From Podarcis erhardii (Eukaryota), in NCBI GenBank assembly GCA_964252035.1, contig OZ176205.1: a DNA stretch of 64,000 bases; one strand, given 5' to 3'. How positions within the stretch are numbered: the first letter of the stretch is position 1; each line of letters begins with the position of its first letter. The notes beneath the pieces are model-generated. The model had not been told where the DNA came from. It saw only the letters and a program-made list of their open reading frames with translations, and ran no database searches. Of the stretch, positions 59,893 to 64,000 are shown piece by piece. A program made the translations under genes and the position numbers.

Positions 59893-61206
59893 AATCCTGC
59901 AGGGTTGTTCTCATGTTTTCTTGACTCTGTGATAATTTGCTAATATTTTCTGGCTTCCAAAATGAGCAATTTCAACATCATCATCATCATTATGAAAGGA
60001 AGAAGAGTGTTCCACATCAGCTAAGCCTTAAAAAGAAAAGAAAAAAGACAACTGTATTTCAGAACTGTGTTTTGCAGGGACATAAAACAAGGCTTTTAAA
60101 AGCCCAGGGAATGATTCCTAGGGTCAGAAGATCTTTTCAGATTTGAACTTGTGTGTCAAAATAATGGAGCTATGAAAGAGAGAGAGATATTTAGCACAAG
60201 GTATCTTGTTTAGGATCTTACTGATGTGGCAAATCAAGAAATTAACGGATGAAAGGTATGGCTAAGCAATTAATAGTAGTATAAGAAAAATATTCCATTA
60301 ATTCACATTGATGACATAGATCAGCAGTTTTCAAACGTTTTGCTTTCAAAAGAATTTCTTTCTGCATTAGCTTGTTCAGCACAGCACCCCAGCTGTGTTG
60401 CAGAGGATTCTGGGTCTTGTTCTGTGGTGTATACTCAGCTCTTGTGAGGCCCTGTTTGGCCCACTTGAACACACCAAACAGTCCTTAAAAATCGAAGAAC
60501 TGGGCAATTAATAGTGGTGGGCAACATGGATTTTCAAAGAAGCTTACTTGCCATTGTTGATGAACCCTTGATGCAGTTTCTGGTGGAACCTCTGACCTGG
60601 ATCCACAGAAGGAAATGTTAAACAAGGAGCAGGTATACCGGTAATTAGAGAGTAGCCAAAATATCACTGAGGTACTTCTTCGGCTTGAATTTGGCAGAGG
60701 CACAGTACAAAATGCCCCCTTAAAGTCCTCCCCAAAATTATTTTGCTTTTGTTTATTCTGTCATTGTTCATAGCTACAAAAATTGCCTCTTTCTCACAGC
60801 CTCAATGCACTGAGCAGGAAAGTAAGGGAGCTTTTCCCAATTGCCCAAGCAATTGTGCTCACTAACCTCTGGTTTTTTTGTTTTTGAAAATACATATAAC
60901 AAACAATCCTCACCTCTAACAAACATTCTTTGCACATACTGTACAATGTAAATAATAGACGATAAGCAGGTTTGTGTAATAGCTTAGAGTTGATTACATC
61001 GGTTAGGTGTCTTCTACACTCCACCTTAATAGATTGTCCCAGAGTGAGTGGTGGGTACCTGGTATTTAAGGGGACAATGTCCTTTCCAGTGTGCTGAATA
61101 AACCTGTGCAATGTCATGTCAAAATCGCTTTCAGTCTTTTGTGTCCCTGATTGCTCTAAGACTCTTTGTTAGTTTCCCCTTAAGGGCTATATTCCATAGA
61201 CTATCA

Positions 61207-61341
61207 CAGGCATAGGCAAACTCAGCCCTCCAGATGTTTTGGGACTACAATTCCCATAATCCCTGACCACTGGTCCTGTTAGCTAGGGATGATGAGAGTT
61301 GTAGTCCAAAACATCTGGAGGGCCGCGTTTGCTTATGCTTG
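61207..61341. mobile_element. palindromic hAT MITE (same core as 13719-13856, reversed, different termini)
   Basis: TIR CAGGCATAGGCAAAC / GTTTGCTTATGCTTG. Core is the reverse complement of GGACTACAACTC.CATCATCCCTAGCTAACAGGA.CAG.GGTCAGGGAT. Confidence 0.85.
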
Positions 61342-64000
61342 GGCCTATCCCATCATGCCTCTACAATTAAGTTAGTAGCCATTTTCCAATATTGTGTTAG
61401 TATATTTCTTAGCTGCAGACTTGCAAAAAGTATTGTTTTTATCCTACTTCTCTGTTATAAAAACACACAAAGCTGCTTACAGAGATTAACATAGTGAAAG
61501 AATAAACAATAAAAACTAAAAATGCACAATACCAATGATAAGACCAAAGCATTTAAGAACAGCAGATTATAAGTAAAGAAGATTGACTTCTTCCTTTTCT
61601 CTTCCCACCTACCCTAGTTGGACCAACAAATAAATGACGAAAGGAGAGCTCAATTCTGCAGTCCATGGAAAGAGCTGTGAAGCTGGAATTGATGTTTCAG
61701 CTGAGCTCTGATGCCTCATATATAAATATAACTGAACCTTACAAAACAATGCATAATCAAGTGTTCAATATGTTTCTGGAAAGATATGAGACACGTTAGG
61801 AATAATAAGGAACCTTTACAAAACAGCAAGCCAAACCTCTGTGATATAACCAGTCATAAGATCTGAGTCATTAAACAAGAAATTAACCAGTTTATTAATA
61901 TATTCACATATTTACACAATATTACAAATTAAAGTACTGCCCCAGCTCCCTGAGTGAGAGCAAGCTCAGGCAGAGAGGCAAAAAGAAAATGCATTACAGA
62001 AAGAAGGGGGGGAACCAATGGCTCTGGCATATTAAATCTTTGGTATTTGAAATATAATACAATGCAGCATTTAATTTATTCAACACAGGGCATTACAAAC
62101 AACAACACAACAAGCACAGTCCTGTCCAGAGTTCTGTAGGTGCACACACAGAGCTTCAGAATGACCCAGCTCCTACATTCGCTATCCTGGAAAGAGAAGA
62201 GAAAGCAGTGCAAAAGGTTTCATGTTGGATTGCAAAGTCACAATCCAGAGACTCTGTTCAACCCTTAAGAGATATGCAGCAGTAAAAGAAGATGGAGCCT
62301 TGGTCCACCCTTACCCTTTCTTCCCCAATGCTGTGAAACAAAGAGAAGTCCCTCCTTGTTCTAATGGGCAGGTGGAGAGAGTGATTTATGGAACCAATGG
62401 ATGAGCAAGGTGTTTATCTGCGGTTGAAAACTGACCACTTCAGTTGCACATACGAAGCTGCTTCTCCTCTCTTGCTTAAGTTAATGCAGAAGCTCTTTCA
62501 CATGTGGAAATCCCCTGCCCCTAAAGAACTGCTGGGCCGAGGTGCATGAATAGGAGGGAAGTATTTAGATATCACATGACTTCACTGAGTTCCATTAAGC
62601 CCCTGAGTTGCAAAAATTAGCAAACAGCAACTTTAGGTTACCTAAACTATTAATCAAAATCTTTTCTTGAAAAGATACATTTCTTAATCTTTACCTTAAG
62701 CTGATTCTCCCTCTACAAGACAGATAAACACTGATGACACTGCACAATACGTTTCACAGACCTAGAGACAAAACCATATCCCATTAAAAGTCAGCAATAG
62801 CTTTTGGTAAAGCAATTTTGCCCATTTAGAGATAAAGTCCACTAGACAAAACTAGTTAGTACAGAAAAAAAAGCACCAGGGGAGCATTCCTAATCTAACA
62901 TTTAAGATCAGGTCATTTTATAAAATACATTTCTGCAATCTTTTACAAATGCTGCAGCTGGTTCCACCAAAATAATGTATTCAATAAAATCAAAGTTGAC
63001 ATCATTTTGAACTTCTGTATGCTACAGGTATACACAGAGATATCCTCTTTGCTTGATGACAAGCTCCTTAATGGGGGCAGATTGGAGAGGCCTTGCAAAT
63101 TCTGGATCAATTGGCAACTAGAGGCAAGTGAGCGTTAGGAATGGCAAGGGGGAGAGAGGGACAGAATGGGCTGTGTGACCAAGCTGGGATGGTCTCTAGG
63201 CACAATACACAACCTTGTGAGATGAAACAAAGATCTCCAAGGCTTCTGCTAATTTTATGGGTATTGACACTCAGGCAAAACATCAACCAGTGTTTTTTGG
63301 TTTTCACTTCTGTTTGCAGCTTCTCACAAGTAGGGAACCCATGGTGGAAGTATGCTCTGACCTTCAGGAGCAGTTTCTTAGTGAAAGAGGTGCAGGTATA
63401 GGAAATTTTGGTCCTCAATCAGTTCAGGAAGCACTAGATCCTTTGGATCCCACCCTATGTATTTGCCAGACAATTTGCTTGAATATTTTCTCGTTAAGTG
63501 TTGTGTGTGGTATCATTCTCTACTGTTCTAACTCTTGGGATCTGGGCCTTAGGAATTACTTGCTCTCCTATACAGTTCTGCACTTCTGCTCTCTGCCTGA
63601 CAAAACTGAGGGATGGAACATGAAGGTGAGAACCCTCAGAGATCTGATTGTTAGTGTCCTAGAAATTGCAAGGAGCTTATTAACTTGTCCCAAATATTGC
63701 AGTTTACTTTTATAGTGAAAAAAATATGAGTCCACCCCAATAATGAAAGCCAGTGAATGAGGAAATTACCATTTGTCTCAGAAATAAAGCACAGTTCATC
63801 TTGGGGAGGGGTGTGGGAGAGAAGGAGGAAATATCTCTCACAAATTGCTTTCTGTAATAATATCACCTTCTTTAAGTACACAGCACAACTTTTTATATTA
63901 TTACTGGTCCCACTGAGACAAGTAAAGCAACTGGAGAGAGAGGGATCTTGCATATTAGCAGAGCTTTCAGTAATGGCCAAGGTAGAATATCAAACCATGC

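Larger units (their letters stand above)
59200..59922 (+). mobile_element. old repeat remnant (squamate SINE/LINE 3'-end type) interrupted by two younger insertions
   Basis: Removing both inserts gives CTTCCATGTTCAAAAGCAGT...GAATACC...GGATGC...TAGATAGATCTTGGTCTAATCCTGCAGGGTTGTTCTCATGTTTTCTT, which resembles a common squamate element end. Family uncertain. Confidence 0.5.

Noticed and set aside
63257-63715. 152-aa ORF
   Set aside because: No recognisable domain, coding bias or flanking exon structure.
39246-64000. Search for the 3' exons of VAV3, the expected convergent neighbour by recalled mammalian synteny
   Set aside because: No SH3/SH2-like minus-strand peptide found; the gene probably lies beyond the window.

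Overview
Vertebrate genomic DNA, most likely from a lacertid lizard (inferred from Sauria SINE, Squam2/Squam3-type SINEs and a BovB end). The + strand carries the 3' part of netrin-G1 (NTNG1). It has four coding exons, all with phase-1 junctions: a 60-nt cassette exon missed by the ORF track (1228-1287), two laminin-EGF exons (8791-8958, 14015-14152) and the terminal EGF plus GPI-signal exon (37906-38141), followed by a 3' UTR of about 1.1 kb ending near AATAAA at 39219. The rest is intron (one 139-N gap) and about 25 kb of downstream intergenic DNA, rich in hAT MITEs, SINEs and CR1/L2/L1/BovB fragments. No tRNA, rRNA or CRISPR features were found, and I cannot support a wholly new biological system. 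The best leads are (i) an antisense promoter-like module (CCAAT, GC box, TATA-like, splice donor) in the last intron, (ii) an internally deleted L1 with a perfect 15-bp TSD next to a 59-bp BovB insertion, both nested in an older repeat, and (iii) splicing and 3' UTR regulatory signals of NTNG1. Protein and repeat-family identities come from my recollection of known sequences, not from database searches.
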